A DNA stretch of 64,000 nucleotides from an uncultured Eubacteriales bacterium (GCA_963628445.1 CAVGEZ010000092.1:10634-74633); one strand, 5' to 3'; counted from the stretch's first letter, positions 26,501 through 38,416 are shown. Translations and numbers: made by a program. Notes: a model not told the origin generated them from the letters alone.

Positions 26501-29500
26501 ATAATTGTAGTACCTTTTATCAAAGTTGGGAGAATATAAACAAAGTTTCATATGAAGCTCATGAGAATGTTTAGCCGGATTCTCCACAAGTTATTAATAA
26601 AATATATGCAGTAACTTCTGACAATGTCAGATTATTTGAAATAGGTAGAGAAATAGTAAATGATGATGTAGTTTGGGATAGTGCTAAGAAAGCTTTTATA
26701 TAGGATGGTAAAAAAGTAAGCAATCAAAGAAACTTCAGACGTGATGGAGATAGAGTTTTAGAATATATTGAATTTGTTTCAAAACACCAAGTATCTGAAA
26801 CAAGAGGGAATGGTTCAGTTATATCTTATAATTTATATAATATAAATAAGAATAATTTAAGAAGATGCTTTGAAAAAGAAATCTATCCCGAAAAACAACT
26901 TCATTATAAAAACTCAAAAGGAATAGATATTACATTAACACAAGATCAAAAATATGATCAATCTATAAATTATTATATAAGTAATTTACTTGCAAATATA
27001 TATAAAGCGCGGAACTATAGTGGTATTCAGTTTAATAAATCTATGAGTGATACTTCTGGTAGAATAGTAAAGCGTGTTCTATATAATTTTGCAGAGAATC
27101 TTAAATATAATAAACCTTTATATGATTATCTTAATAATGTACGAAAAATTATAGATAATATAGAGGGTGAGTTTAAAATACCTACAAGAGCGTTAAAGAA
27201 AGCAGAAAGAACTTATAGTACAACAATTTCTCATAAACAGTATGTTTCTTTCTAGAAATCTCTTTATTTTACTGCAGCTCGTATTCCAGCCCAAACGCTA
27301 CAATCTTTTATGAAATAGAAGTGTGTAGGTTTTACTGGAACAGATACTGGACAATGTTTTGTATCAGCATGGTAGACATTCTTGTAGGGAAGTGACTATA
27401 AACAGAATTGTAGTCTTTAAATCTCGTGAACTGCGGGGAACTTCTTAGAGCCTATATGTACTAATTTAGAGTAGAAATATCTCTAAAGGCAGTAACTAAC
27501 TATTGCTGACATAGTAAAAAGCATGTAGGATTGGACAATCCACGGCCAAGCATTCTAGATAAATATTTACAGGAAGGACTTGTTAATTGACAAAATTTCT
27601 TGTATATTTACAAGAATGAGGGTTCACAGACTATCCCGAGAGGGAGTAGGAACTTTCGTTTAAATAAACGAAGTATGACAAAAAGAAAATTTATTCGACT
27701 TAGTAAAGAACAGAAGAGTTTATTAATAGCTCTCTTAATAGGAGGTGGAACTATATCTAGTAATTACGTGTTTAAACTATCCCACTCTGCTCTACAAAGA
27801 GAGTACTTAGAGTGGAAAGTGAAATTATTAAACACCTATGGAATTAAAAATAATGGAGTAAGGGAATACATATCCAAATGCGGATATAATACTGGAAGAG
27901 AGGTGTTGTACTCACAAATGTCTCTTATTCCAACTATAAAAGCACTGCGTAGGTCTGTTTACGTTCCAAAGAAAACTATTACTAGAAAACTACTAGAATG
28001 GTTAAATCCTCTAGGTTTAGCCCTCTGGTATATGGATGACAGGTGTATTAATGTTAATACATCGAAGCAAAGAAGCTCTATTCAACATACTATTAAGATA
28101 GCTACATGTGTTGATGAAGCTACTATTAAAACAATAATAAGTTACTTTGATGAAGTATGGGATATACACTTCAGACCTTTTAAAGAAGGAAAAGGTACTT
28201 ATTCTATAGCGTCTAGTTCAGAGCTAGATTGCGAAAAGTTTATTAAAATAGTAAAGCCATATATAGAGCAAGTTCCCTCTTTTCTATATAAAATAAGAAG
28301 AGATTTAACTAAGGAGGAATTTATAAAATTACAGGAGTCAGGTTCCGAAGTGCGAGACATTGTATTTTAATATAATGATGATATAGTCGGACTTATACTG
28401 AAAAGTATAAGATAAATCGGATATAGATAAAGCATATATAATGGGTTTATGCTTTGATGAGAACGGATTATATGAAGGATGGAGTAATCTATTCAATTAT
28501 GATTCTATAGAAAATCTTAATGCGTCAGAATATTTACCAATGCCTCAGAAAATAAGGCATATAGTAATAAATGATGTTAATTCTAGAAGATAGTCCTTTG
28601 TTCAACAATTAGTAAATACTACTGATGAACAAGAGTAGGCAGAGATCTAGAATAAATTAAGATAGTTAGATAATATTGTAGACATAGATCCTTGGATTAA
28701 TAGAATCTATTCAGAAGAAAATACAGCTAAAAGAATACAACTAATGGCTGACTTTATTAATGAGATAAACAAGCATGCTTATGAAACTAATGAAGGTAAA
28801 TCAGTTAATTTAACTTATACAGATTCTCGTGGAAAACAATTAATTAATGATTTAAATACCCATGAATTTACTGAAATACCAACTAGTTTATCTTAGGATA
28901 TTAGTAAGAATTTTATTTCTAGTCATATTCAAAACACTGTTCAAGATTTAATTAATATGACTAGAGCATATTCACCTATTGAAATATCTGATTTTGGTGA
29001 TGCAGCTAGCTTAAGTGATAAGAGTACTGCAGAGCAAGAATTGACTCTTTTAAACCCAGCTACAAAATATATTATGTAGTATATTAATATGGTTGGTAAG
29101 AATGTAATTGGTATTGCTGCAAATGGTGAAAAAGCTTCTTTTATGTGGCATTTCTATCTTAATGATTTAGTAAGATATGGTGATGCAGAAAAACGTAAAT
29201 ATGGACATTTTAAATTCTTAACTAAAAGAATTATAGGCAGAGCTAATAATGCAATAGAAGAAAAAACAATAACTGGATTACCTGACATTAATTTTGAAAA
29301 TATAGATCCTCGTATTCTAGGAGAGTTTGGGTCTAGATTAACAGGTAATTTATATGTAGACTTGATGATAAGTTAGGTCTTGTCTGCGGCTACTGATAAT
29401 GCAAAAGAACTTATACTTGGAAAAGTAAATGCAGGTAATAAATTAGCAAAAATGTATTTATTTATGATTACTCTTGGTATGAACATAAATGACATTGTTA

Positions 29501-31230
29501 AATTTATGACATCACCAGTAGCATCATTTATAAATGATATAACAGAAGATGATATTTTCAATGATTACAATTTACCTATAAGTATTGCAATTGATTTTGC
29601 AAGAGGAAAGTTTCTTAATCAAAAGGGAGAAATTCTAGAAAATTATAAATCTAGGTATGGTACTCTAACTATGATACAAATTAAAGATCTTTATGAACTT
29701 TATAAGTTAAATGATAAAGAAAATCAACAAAATATCTTAGAAGATTGTAATGAATTTGAGAATGTGTTAGAAGGAGCTGATGAATTTAGTAACTTTGGTA
29801 GATTACTTGGATTAAATCAAGGCATAGGTACTTCTAAAATAGATTTACAGAAATAGATAAATAATATAAAACAATTCTATTCAAAAAGGATTGAAAAAGC
29901 TTTAAAAGACCCAAATATAGATTCGTCAATTAAAGAAAATCTTAAAGATTTTGGTTCTATAGATGTTAAACGATGGTTGAATGACAAAGAATATTAGAAA
30001 ATAATTACAGATAATTATAATGTTGCTAAAAAGTGTATTAACATTTTTGATGCTTTTCAACATATTCCTCAATTTAATTCTATTGGTAAATTAATGTCTG
30101 CTGTAATAGAAGTAGATGATAATATTTCTATTAAATCAAAAGCTTTTAATAGTGTATTAGAAAGAGCTAAATAGAATTTTAATTTCATATCAGAGGATTA
30201 TGAAAAGAGAATGCTTAAAGCTGTAGATACTGCTATTATTAGTAAATTTATAATAGATTAGAATATTTTTATTCCTGTATTAAAAGATACTTCTTATCTA
30301 CAATCAGATAGATCTTCTAAAACTTTTAGTGAGAATGCTTCTTTCTATTTAGATAGTCAATCAGCTATAGCGTCTTTTAAAGAAATATTTGAAAATAAAG
30401 TAATTCCTCGTTTAAAGCAAGGTTTTATTGCAGAAGTTGATGAGGACGGTAATGTTACTGAACAAGAATATGTAGATTTAAAATCAAATCCATTTATATA
30501 TGCTTTAATTAGAAGTAGAGAAAGAGATGTACCTATTTACAAAGCTAATATAAATATGAATTTAATTAATAGTAGTTTAAATGCTCAAAAATAGTACTAG
30601 GTATATTCTAGAGGCTTATCAGCTTTATCTAAATATAAATTTGGTAATATAACTTTATCTGATGCATTTATGTTATATAATTTAATTATAAATAGAAATC
30701 AATATGGAGAAAACCGTTTGACAGGTTTGTTTGATTCTTTTGTAACTAAAAATAAAACATTACATTTGCTTTATAAGTATTTAAAATATTTGGGAGATTT
30801 AGATTACAATGGAGTAGTTCACTTGGATATAGATACGGAATTTAAAGAACCTTCAAACAATATTCCTGTGTTGGATATTTCTTATAAAGATATATTGATT
30901 TCCGCAGCAGCTATGGTAAAATCCGATAAAGGACAATCAGATCCTTATATTATATTGTTAGGGGACATTCCTACTATAAAAGAAAAACATGGTTTTAATT
31001 ATAGTACTTTACAAGAACTTTTACCTAAGTCTTCTAAAGAAACTACAGAGGAATATATAGATAGATTAAATAATGAAAATAGATATTTTGTTTTAGGAGG
31101 ACAATTTTCAGATATACTATAGAATAAATTACAAACTATACAAGATATGAATGATATAGATAAAATAATATCATATCTTAATAATTTTGTAGCAGATGGA
31201 TTATTAACCATAAATAAAGTATGTGAATGA
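20578..31230 (+). CDS. virion-packaged two-barrel RNA polymerase (crAss gp66-like), 3210 aa; exons 20578-27399 and 28420-31230
   Basis: Frame 1 is open with 43 in-frame TAGs from ATG 20578 to TGA 31228-31230, apart from the intron interval. RIPAQTLQSFM (27280-27312) resembles the RxPxLHxxSxM segment of beta-prime/Rpb1. About 28 residues later comes GSDY|DIDKAY, which is the DxDxD metal triad once the exons are joined. Confidence 0.8.
27400..28419 (+). mobile_element. group I intron carrying a LAGLIDADG homing-endonuclease ORF
   Basis: - P1: exon GACTAT (27394-27399) pairs with GTAGTC (27410-27415), with a terminal U-G wobble at the splice site.
- The intron's last base is G (28419).
- P7-like: GACTAT (27629-27634) pairs with ATAGTC (28383-28388).
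- P9-like: 8-bp hairpin with a GAAA tetraloop (28392-28411).
- GNRA hairpin TCCC-GAGA-GGGA (27634-27645).
- Splicing restores the frame and the DYDID motif. Confidence 0.8.
27675..28370 (+). CDS. intron-encoded double-motif LAGLIDADG endonuclease/maturase, 231 aa
   Basis: Motif 1 is LLIALLIGGGTISS and motif 2 is LGLALWYMDDRCINV. The ORF has no TAG and ends in TAA, so it is translatable in either code. I prefer ATG 27675 to the track's TTG 27600, because that upstream stretch forms intron helices. Confidence 0.75.
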   Translation: MTKRKFIRLSKEQKSLLIALLIGGGTISSNYVFKLSHSALQREYLEWKVKLLNTYGIKNNGVREYISKCGYNTGREVLYSQMSLIPTIKALRRSVYVPKKTITRKLLEWLNPLGLALWYMDDRCINVNTSKQRSSIQHTIKIATCVDEATIKTIISYFDEVWDIHFRPFKEGKGTYSIASSSELDCEKFIKIVKPYIEQVPSFLYKIRRDLTKEEFIKLQESGSEVRDIVF

Positions 31231-33656
31231 GTAATTGTATTGTTACTATTAACATTAATAATAAAGAATTGAAGGTGAACTTGAAAGATAGTTCACCTTC
31301 AGTTTTAATTGATCAAGATTTTATAGAAGCTCTAAGAGAACAACCAGAGTTAGTAAGCACTCTTGTAGATAATCTACGAGAGATGTCTTTGAATACTGGT
31401 TTAAAATCAATAACTTTAAAAGATTTACAATCTGATGGTATACAGGCCAACTGTACTTTACAGTATTTAAGAGAGAACCCTAAATACAGTGAAATAACCT
31501 TTCCTGACGGTAATGCTAATATATTATTAGTTAAAAAATTAGTGTTGGGTGGTACTAGTATATCTGGAAGAATAATAAATTCTAACGGAGAAGAAATCTT
31601 TGTTACAAATGGCTCTGAATCTGATTTAAAAAAGTTAGCTTCTTTCTTAAAAGTAAGAAATAAAATAAGAGATTAGGGGATGAATTTATCTGAAGATTCC
31701 CCACATTATCCAGAATTGAAAGAGATTTTAGAATTAAAAAATGCTAAATTAAAAAAGAAATTAGATTCTATAGAAGATCTTATCCTAGATTATATTTATA
31801 ATAAGAAAAGCTATGCAGGTTTGTCATTAAAAAACGGCAAAAGTATCATATCTGTTTTAGAACCTTTTATTAGAAATATCCAAAAGTGGGAAACCCCTAG
31901 TATATTTGATGATCCTTTTATTACAGATATAAATTTACAAAAAGCTAATTTTGGGTATTCAACAAAAGAAAAAATTAATACTTCTTTTATTCATTATGAT
32001 GTTTTATTCAAGTTATTAAAGAAATATTATCAACCCTTATTAGATGCTTTTAATATAAATTCAAAGAATTTTAAAGAAACTGAAAAGAATAAAGACTTCT
32101 TAGAAATTTTTACTAAATATGATAATAATTCTGTTGATATAGTTAAAGATTCTAACAATCTTCTAGAAGCTATTATAAAATATACTTTCTCTACAGAACC
32201 TGAATTTGATTTTAGTTTTTATAAAACTTCTAAAAAAGGAATATTTTTAAAATAGGGATATACCCCAATCTCTGAGAAATATGGAATAGCTTATGATACA
32301 ATTCAAGAAATGAAAAGAACCTCCTATAAGGGATATTTTATTTATGAATAGACTTTAACTAACAACCATAAGAGAGTATTTGCTAGTAGAGGGACACTAA
32401 CTGAAGAAAATAAAAGTAAACCTTATAAATCGGTCGAAGAAGCATAGCAAGAGATAGATAAAATATTAGCTAAGCAATTTCTAAGAAAAAACTCTTTGAT
32501 AGAGTTTAAATATAGAGATAGTGCTATTGATGAAAATGGAAAAACTATTTGGGATAATAGCTTACCAAAAGAAACAATAGAAAGTACTGTTTATTTTCCT
32601 GTAGGAACTATTGTGGAATCTATTAATATTCCAATTAATAAAAAAACTAATATAAGAGGAGATGAACAAGCTTTGCTTAATAAAGCTAATATTAAATCCT
32701 TTCAAGAATTAATAAATTCTTGGACTATTAATAACAAACATAAAGAATATATATTACAAAATTTAGATACCCCAGAAAAGATAATAACATTTATATATAA
32801 AATAAATGAAATTTTGGGAGTAGAGGATAGATCTAAATCTAAGTAGATGGCAGATATTGCGAAATCTATAGTTACTGCTAACAAAAATTACTATTATATA
32901 GAAAAAAGATATTCAACAGGAAGTACTTATACTTATAAAGTAATACCAACTGAATTAGATAGTATGAGTAAACCTGACACACCTAAAAATTTACCAGTAA
33001 TTACTTGGATGGGTGCTATTTCTCAAGCTCTTAATAATTAGTTTGGTATATAGGTGAATCTACTTACTTCGGAAGAAGTGTCCTCACAAATGAAAAATGT
33101 TGCAGATCCTAATCTAGATAAAGCTTTTATTTATAATGGATAGGTATATATAAACACTACTATAGCTTCTACTGAAGATTTGTTACACGAGCATGTTCAT
33201 TTAATATTAGGTATATTAAAGAGTAATCCAAACTTAAGAGCTAATTATGAACGTCTATTAAACCAAGTAATAAGTACAAAGTAGGGAAATACTATGCTTG
33301 CTAAATTATCCGAAAATTATTCTGGTTTATCATAGATGGACTTAAGAGAAGAAGTTTTTGCTAAATTGTTTAGTAATTATTTAAGACAAGATATTACTAT
33401 TCAAACTAAGCAAGTATTTGAAGCTGCAGAGGAAGATATTAAAGAGGTAACAAAAACTATTTTTAATACTAACATTTCAAGTATAGCAGATTTTTATGGT
33501 AAAACTACTTTAAGTATATTTAAGAAGTTTAATTCTGATGTTGCTAAAATGTTAAGTTCTAATAATATAGATTTTAATTCTACTGTAGAATCCCGACAAA
33601 TTTCTAATTGGGTTTCTAAATAGATTAATGATGGAAATATAAAAGAAGAGTGCTAA
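31227..33656 (+). CDS. virion/cargo protein, 809 aa, with HExxH motif
   Basis: ATG 31227 overlaps TGA 31228-31230 (ATGA). Frame 3 is open to TAA 33654-33656 with 11 TAGs. It joins track ORFs 31227-31676, 31680-32255, 32496-32846, 32847-33041 and 33336-33623. HEHVH lies at 33186-33200. Confidence 0.75.
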
Positions 33657-33657
33657 T

Positions 33658-36600
33658 ATGGAATATTGTCATTATAGTTTTAATGGGAAAGATTTTACTT
33701 CCTATCATGAGCTTTTAAATTATTTAGATGAATACTTTAAGACGAATGTAGATGAGTTACAATCAGTAACTGATATTGTATATAGTAAAGCTAATTTTTA
33801 GAACTAGCAAAAAGAAAGAATAGAGAAGGTTAAACTAAACAATATAAAATTTGCATAGGCTTCTTTAATTAATGGTGAACCTAGTTTTGAAGGAAATAAA
33901 CTAAGTATATTAGATTTCTTGGATTCTCCAGAATGTAATATTGAAGGTAGACAATTAGTAACACCTCTTAATATTGATCAATATATTGAAGAGAGTGTCA
34001 AACACCTTATAGATTAGGGAGAAGAAGAAGCTGTTGCTAGACAAAAAACAAATCTTGAAGTTTAGCAATGGGAACACATTAAAGAAGATGCTAAATATGT
34101 CCATGTTTTAGGTAGTAGCTCATTAATATTTGAAGAAGATGATGCAGTTTTCTCAGAAAAGATTAAGGATAAAATTCCCCAGCATCTTTAGAAAGCAGCA
34201 ATAAGATTAAAAGATGGTTTTAGGCAAGTATATATAGAATAGAAAGGTAATTACACTGATAGTGTTGCTATAAAGAATCTTAATCTTAAAGCCAAATTAA
34301 AAGAAATAGATAAAGAAATTTTTGGTCATATAGACTGGCTTTTTATTGGTAAAGACGGTGTACTACATGCTTATGTAATAAAGACTACTTCTCAGAATCC
34401 GAAAGACTGGACTCGTGTAAAACTGGATAAATATAAATATGAGTTAGCTTTTCTTCAATAGATGTTGGCTTATAATGGAATAAATGTTAAGAATATAGAT
34501 TTAAATATTATTCCTGTCTAGTTACAATATAAAGGAAATGAAGTTGCTGCTAAAGTTCATAAAGTATAGACTGTTAGTTCTAGATTGTCAGGTAATGGTT
34601 ATGCTATGGATAAATTTGATAAAGCAGTAGCTCATTTCATAAGTTCTAACAATATGCCTCAACGAATTAGTTCTGAGCCTATTCAAAGAGCTAACGAAGT
34701 AAATAGGGCTATATTCCCTACCATTAATTTACGTGAAGATGGCATTGGCAAATCTGCAGAAGAATGGATTAAATACGCTCCTTCAATAGATCCAGAAGGT
34801 ACGGAACCTCTAGTAATCACACAAGTAAACGAAATAGACCACGCTTATGATGTTAAAATCAATGGAACTGTACATAAAATAAAATCTAATAAGACACGGA
34901 AGCATAATAAAGAAATTTTAGAATTAGTGTAGAAATATATCTATTCTTTAGATGATAAAAAAGGTTACACTACACAACGTTTAAAAGATGCTATTATAAA
35001 TAGTTATAATAAAGGTTTTATGACTTTTTCAGAAATTCCCGGACTAAAAAGTATTTCAATTTAGTTAGAAGCCGTTTTAGGAAAGTATTTTGCTGATTAT
35101 GAAGTAGATGAAAATACTAAAAAGAAAACTTTTACATGGGAGTTACTATCTGATATAACTGATGCTAATGTACTACTTTTTAGAAATAAGAATACTAATG
35201 TAATAGATTTTATTTGTCTATCCGCTTTTGATATAAGAGCAAAAGCAAACATTAAAAGTGGTCAAAAAAATATATTAGCTGCATATCGTTATGATAGTGA
35301 ATATGTTGATTTGGAAGGTGATTATGGAAATGTAGAAGCAGTTAGGACTATGGAGCTGCTTAATGAAATTTTACCAAGTTTAGGTAATGCTAAATTAGGT
35401 ACATTAGGTGTTCTAAGCACTATTAACGGAGCACCTTATAGATCTTATAATATAGGAGAATTTAATAAAAAATACTTCCAAAATATAGTAGCTATTGTTA
35501 ATTCTGAAAATAAAGGTTTGAATATTATTAATAATTTTTCATAGGCTTATTTTACAAATCCTGTAGAAGAAATTATTAATGAATATATAAGAGTTACGGA
35601 TGGTAAATCAGAAAATTATAAGAAGACTTACGAAGAGCTTGGATTAGATGAACTTTCTGCAGAGGATAACACGTTAGTCCAACAGAAAGCTTTAGAAAAT
35701 ATATTATTTAATATGACTAAATAGTATTCTTTCTTATCTAATCCTGAAAAGGTAGAAAAAGCTATAGAGTAGTCAACTAATTCTTTATTACATAATGTCG
35801 CAACTCTATATGAATTAGTTGCTAGAGCTTATATTACTCTTAGAGGGGAAACTCCTGTAAATAAGAATAATTTAAATAAATTAAATACTATATTCTTTAC
35901 TGCACCTACTGTAAATGACGAGAATATAAGAATTGTTGTAGATAATCTATAGATAACTCATGATACTATTGCTGAGGAGTTCTTAAAAGAATACGATAAT
36001 GGTATCAGAAAGCTATTTGATACCTTTTATGATAAGTGTGGATATAGTAGGGCTTAGAATTTTATGATAGGTAATCAAACTTCTCAATTTTCTAATTTAA
36101 TAGATCCTGATGCTGATTTAATGTCTTTTAAAAATCCTTATGATATGTCTAATGATTTAAAAGACTATGAGAGAGATTTATTAAAAGAAGTTCTATACAG
36201 GATTGACAAAATTAATAGAAATGGGAATAGTAAGTTTAATTCTGCTAATGATTCTAAGATTGAAACTTACATAGAAAACCACCCAGAGTATTTATGGGTT
36301 CCTTTAAAGAGAGCTTCAGGTGCTTCTGTAGCTTAGAGTAAAGAAAGTGTTATGGCAGGTATGAAAAATTTCTTTAGAAAAATACAAAACGCCTCAGAAG
36401 CTTTTGATGAGTTTGTAGAAGGGTTGACTTCTGAAGAAAGAGAATTACTAGGAAATGATAATGATGAATTTTATTCAATGCATCTTAAAAACCCATTTAG
36501 TATAAGTATGCCTACTTCTGCTAGTAATATTAACTCTACTATTAAAAATAGAAAAAATCTTTTGGATAAATATGGTAAAGGTTTTTTTGAAACAAATGTA

Positions 36601-38193
36601 GAAAGTCTTTTAGTTGATTTTCTAGCAGCATAGATTTCTACTACTTAGTATAATAAATTACTTGTAGCTTCAAAAGCTTTAATGCTTGAATTACACTTAA
36701 CAGGTAATTTTAATGGTAACAAAGAAATTGTTGATAAAGAAATTAAATACATTCAAGATTATTTAAAAATAAATGTATTTAAGACATCTATTATGAGTAA
36801 ACCTGAAAAAGCTATAGTAGGTGTTATTAGCCCAGTCAAGAGAGTAGTTTCCCACATGTTGCTAGGTGGTAATTTAGTCGGTGCTTTACGTGATGCTCTT
36901 GAAGGAGTGGAGTAGAATTTTATTCGTTCAGTTATTAAACTGAATACTGATTTAGATCCAAAAGATGTTGCAAAAGCTTACAACTATGTATGGAGACATA
37001 GTAAAGCTAATGCAATGTCTATGAATCTTCTTAGTAAATTATGTCTCCGTTATAGAATCTCTAATACTGATGTAGGTAGAATTGCGGAACGGGCTAAGAC
37101 TGGGCGTAATGGTATTTACAATTTTAGCAATATGATGTATAGTACATTAAGATGTCCTGATTTCTTAAATAGAATGACATTATTTGTGGCTAAATGCATG
37201 CATGATGGAGTTTGGGATGCTATGAGTCTAGATTCTGAAGGTAATCTAAAATATGACTGGACTAAAGATGCTAGATTTAAAGCTTTTAAATATGGTGTTG
37301 TAGGATCCCCTGAATATAAAAAAGCTAAAGCAGCATATTTCTCTAGAATTAGAGAATATAATTAGGAACATCCAGACCAACCCTTAGAGATGACTGATAA
37401 TCTTCCAGAACCTTATTCTAAACGTTCTATTAATGCTATCCGAAGTCTTGGGGATAATATTTATGGTTCTTACGATAAAGGAAAGAAAGCAATGCATGAG
37501 TTTGCAAGTTATGGTTTTCTTTTTGGTAGTTTTACTACTTGGATGAATGGTATTGTAAATAACTACTTTATGAGTACCCAAAAGAATGGTGTTTCTATGA
37601 TGAAAGAAGAACAAGAGCTTGATGAGTAGGGTAATAAGTTATTTTTTGATGAATATGGTAATATAACTAATGAAGACACAGGTATGCCTGTAACTAAAAA
37701 TGTACCTATAATTGTTTAGGGTATTTTACCTACTCTTACTACAATGGTTAGTATAGCTAAAGATAACGGTTTATCTGAGGTAGTAAAATATGTGAAAGGT
37801 AATAAAATGGTAAAAGCTAATGTATTCAAAGCCACTTCAGATGCTTTAATGTATGCGCTACTCTATTCTTTATTTTCACTATTATTTACCCCTGCTTATA
37901 AAGGATTTAAAAAGACTATGGTAGATAATCCTGCTATAGTTAATCTATTTACAGAGATTCTTTATAAAGGTTCGTCTAGAGCTTATGACCAATTTAAAGG
38001 GCCTTTAAATATAATATAGTTCTTTGGTGAAAATATGAACCCTCCATTTTATTCTACACCTGTTCAAGTATTAAAAGATGCTGGCAAAACTATATTTGGA
38101 GACAAATCTTGGAAATATCTATTATTTAATAATACTGGTTTCACAAGATCCTTTAAAGATACTGGATTTGCATACCTTAAATCATTAGAATGA
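33658..38193 (+). CDS. large virion/cargo protein, 1511 aa
   Basis: ATG 33658 follows TAA directly. Frame 1 is open to TGA 38191-38193 with 25 TAGs, and every gap was checked. The N-terminal part has a RecB/Cas4-like fold signature (GHIDWLFIGKDGVLHAYVIKTT ... ELAFLQQMLAY). Confidence 0.8.
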
Positions 38194-38366
38194 TAAGAGA
38201 TAATTTACAAGGTAAATTCCCTAGATGTCATTATAACAAAGCAGGTAAAGCTAAACAAGTTTTTGAGACTGAACAGGAAGCTTTAGATTATATAAAAAAG
38301 ATGAATCTTACTGGATATATTATATATCAATGCAGATATTGTAATAAATTCCACATAGCTAGTTAA
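38190..38366 (+). CDS. small Cys-rich (zinc-ribbon-like) protein, 58 aa
   Basis: ATG 38190 overlaps TGA 38191-38193 (ATGA). Sequence is MIRDNLQGKFPRCHYNK...YQCRYCNKFHIAS. It ends at TAA 38364-38366 and has no TAG. It is below the track's size cutoff. Confidence 0.5.
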   Translation: MIRDNLQGKFPRCHYNKAGKAKQVFETEQEALDYIKKMNLTGYIIYQCRYCNKFHIAS

Positions 38367-38372
38367 AAAAAA

Positions 38373-38416
38373 AATAAGCCCGGTATCTTAATTGATACTG
38401 GGCTTATTTGTTTATT
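38373..38416 (+). terminator. strong rho-independent terminator ending the + strand module
   Basis: A 15-bp stem: AATAAGCCCGGTATC (38373-38387) pairs with GATACTGGGCTTATT (38394-38408), including one G-U pair. The loop is TTAATT. It is flanked by an A10 run upstream and TTGTTTATT downstream, so it could work in both directions. Confidence 0.8.

Noticed and set aside
27600-27674. The TTG start given by the track for the intron ORF.
   Set aside because: This stretch forms intron hairpins (TTCTTGT/ACAAGAA, TCCC-GAGA-GGGA, TTCGTTTA/TAAACGAA). ATG 27675 follows directly after them.
1-38366. The fragmented + strand ORFs could be pseudogenes, or a degraded or low-quality assembly.
   Set aside because: All of the roughly 200 interruptions are TAG, never TAA/TGA or frameshifts. 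Frames stay constant for up to 8.8 kb. Conserved motifs (SF1, RNAP) continue across the interruptions.
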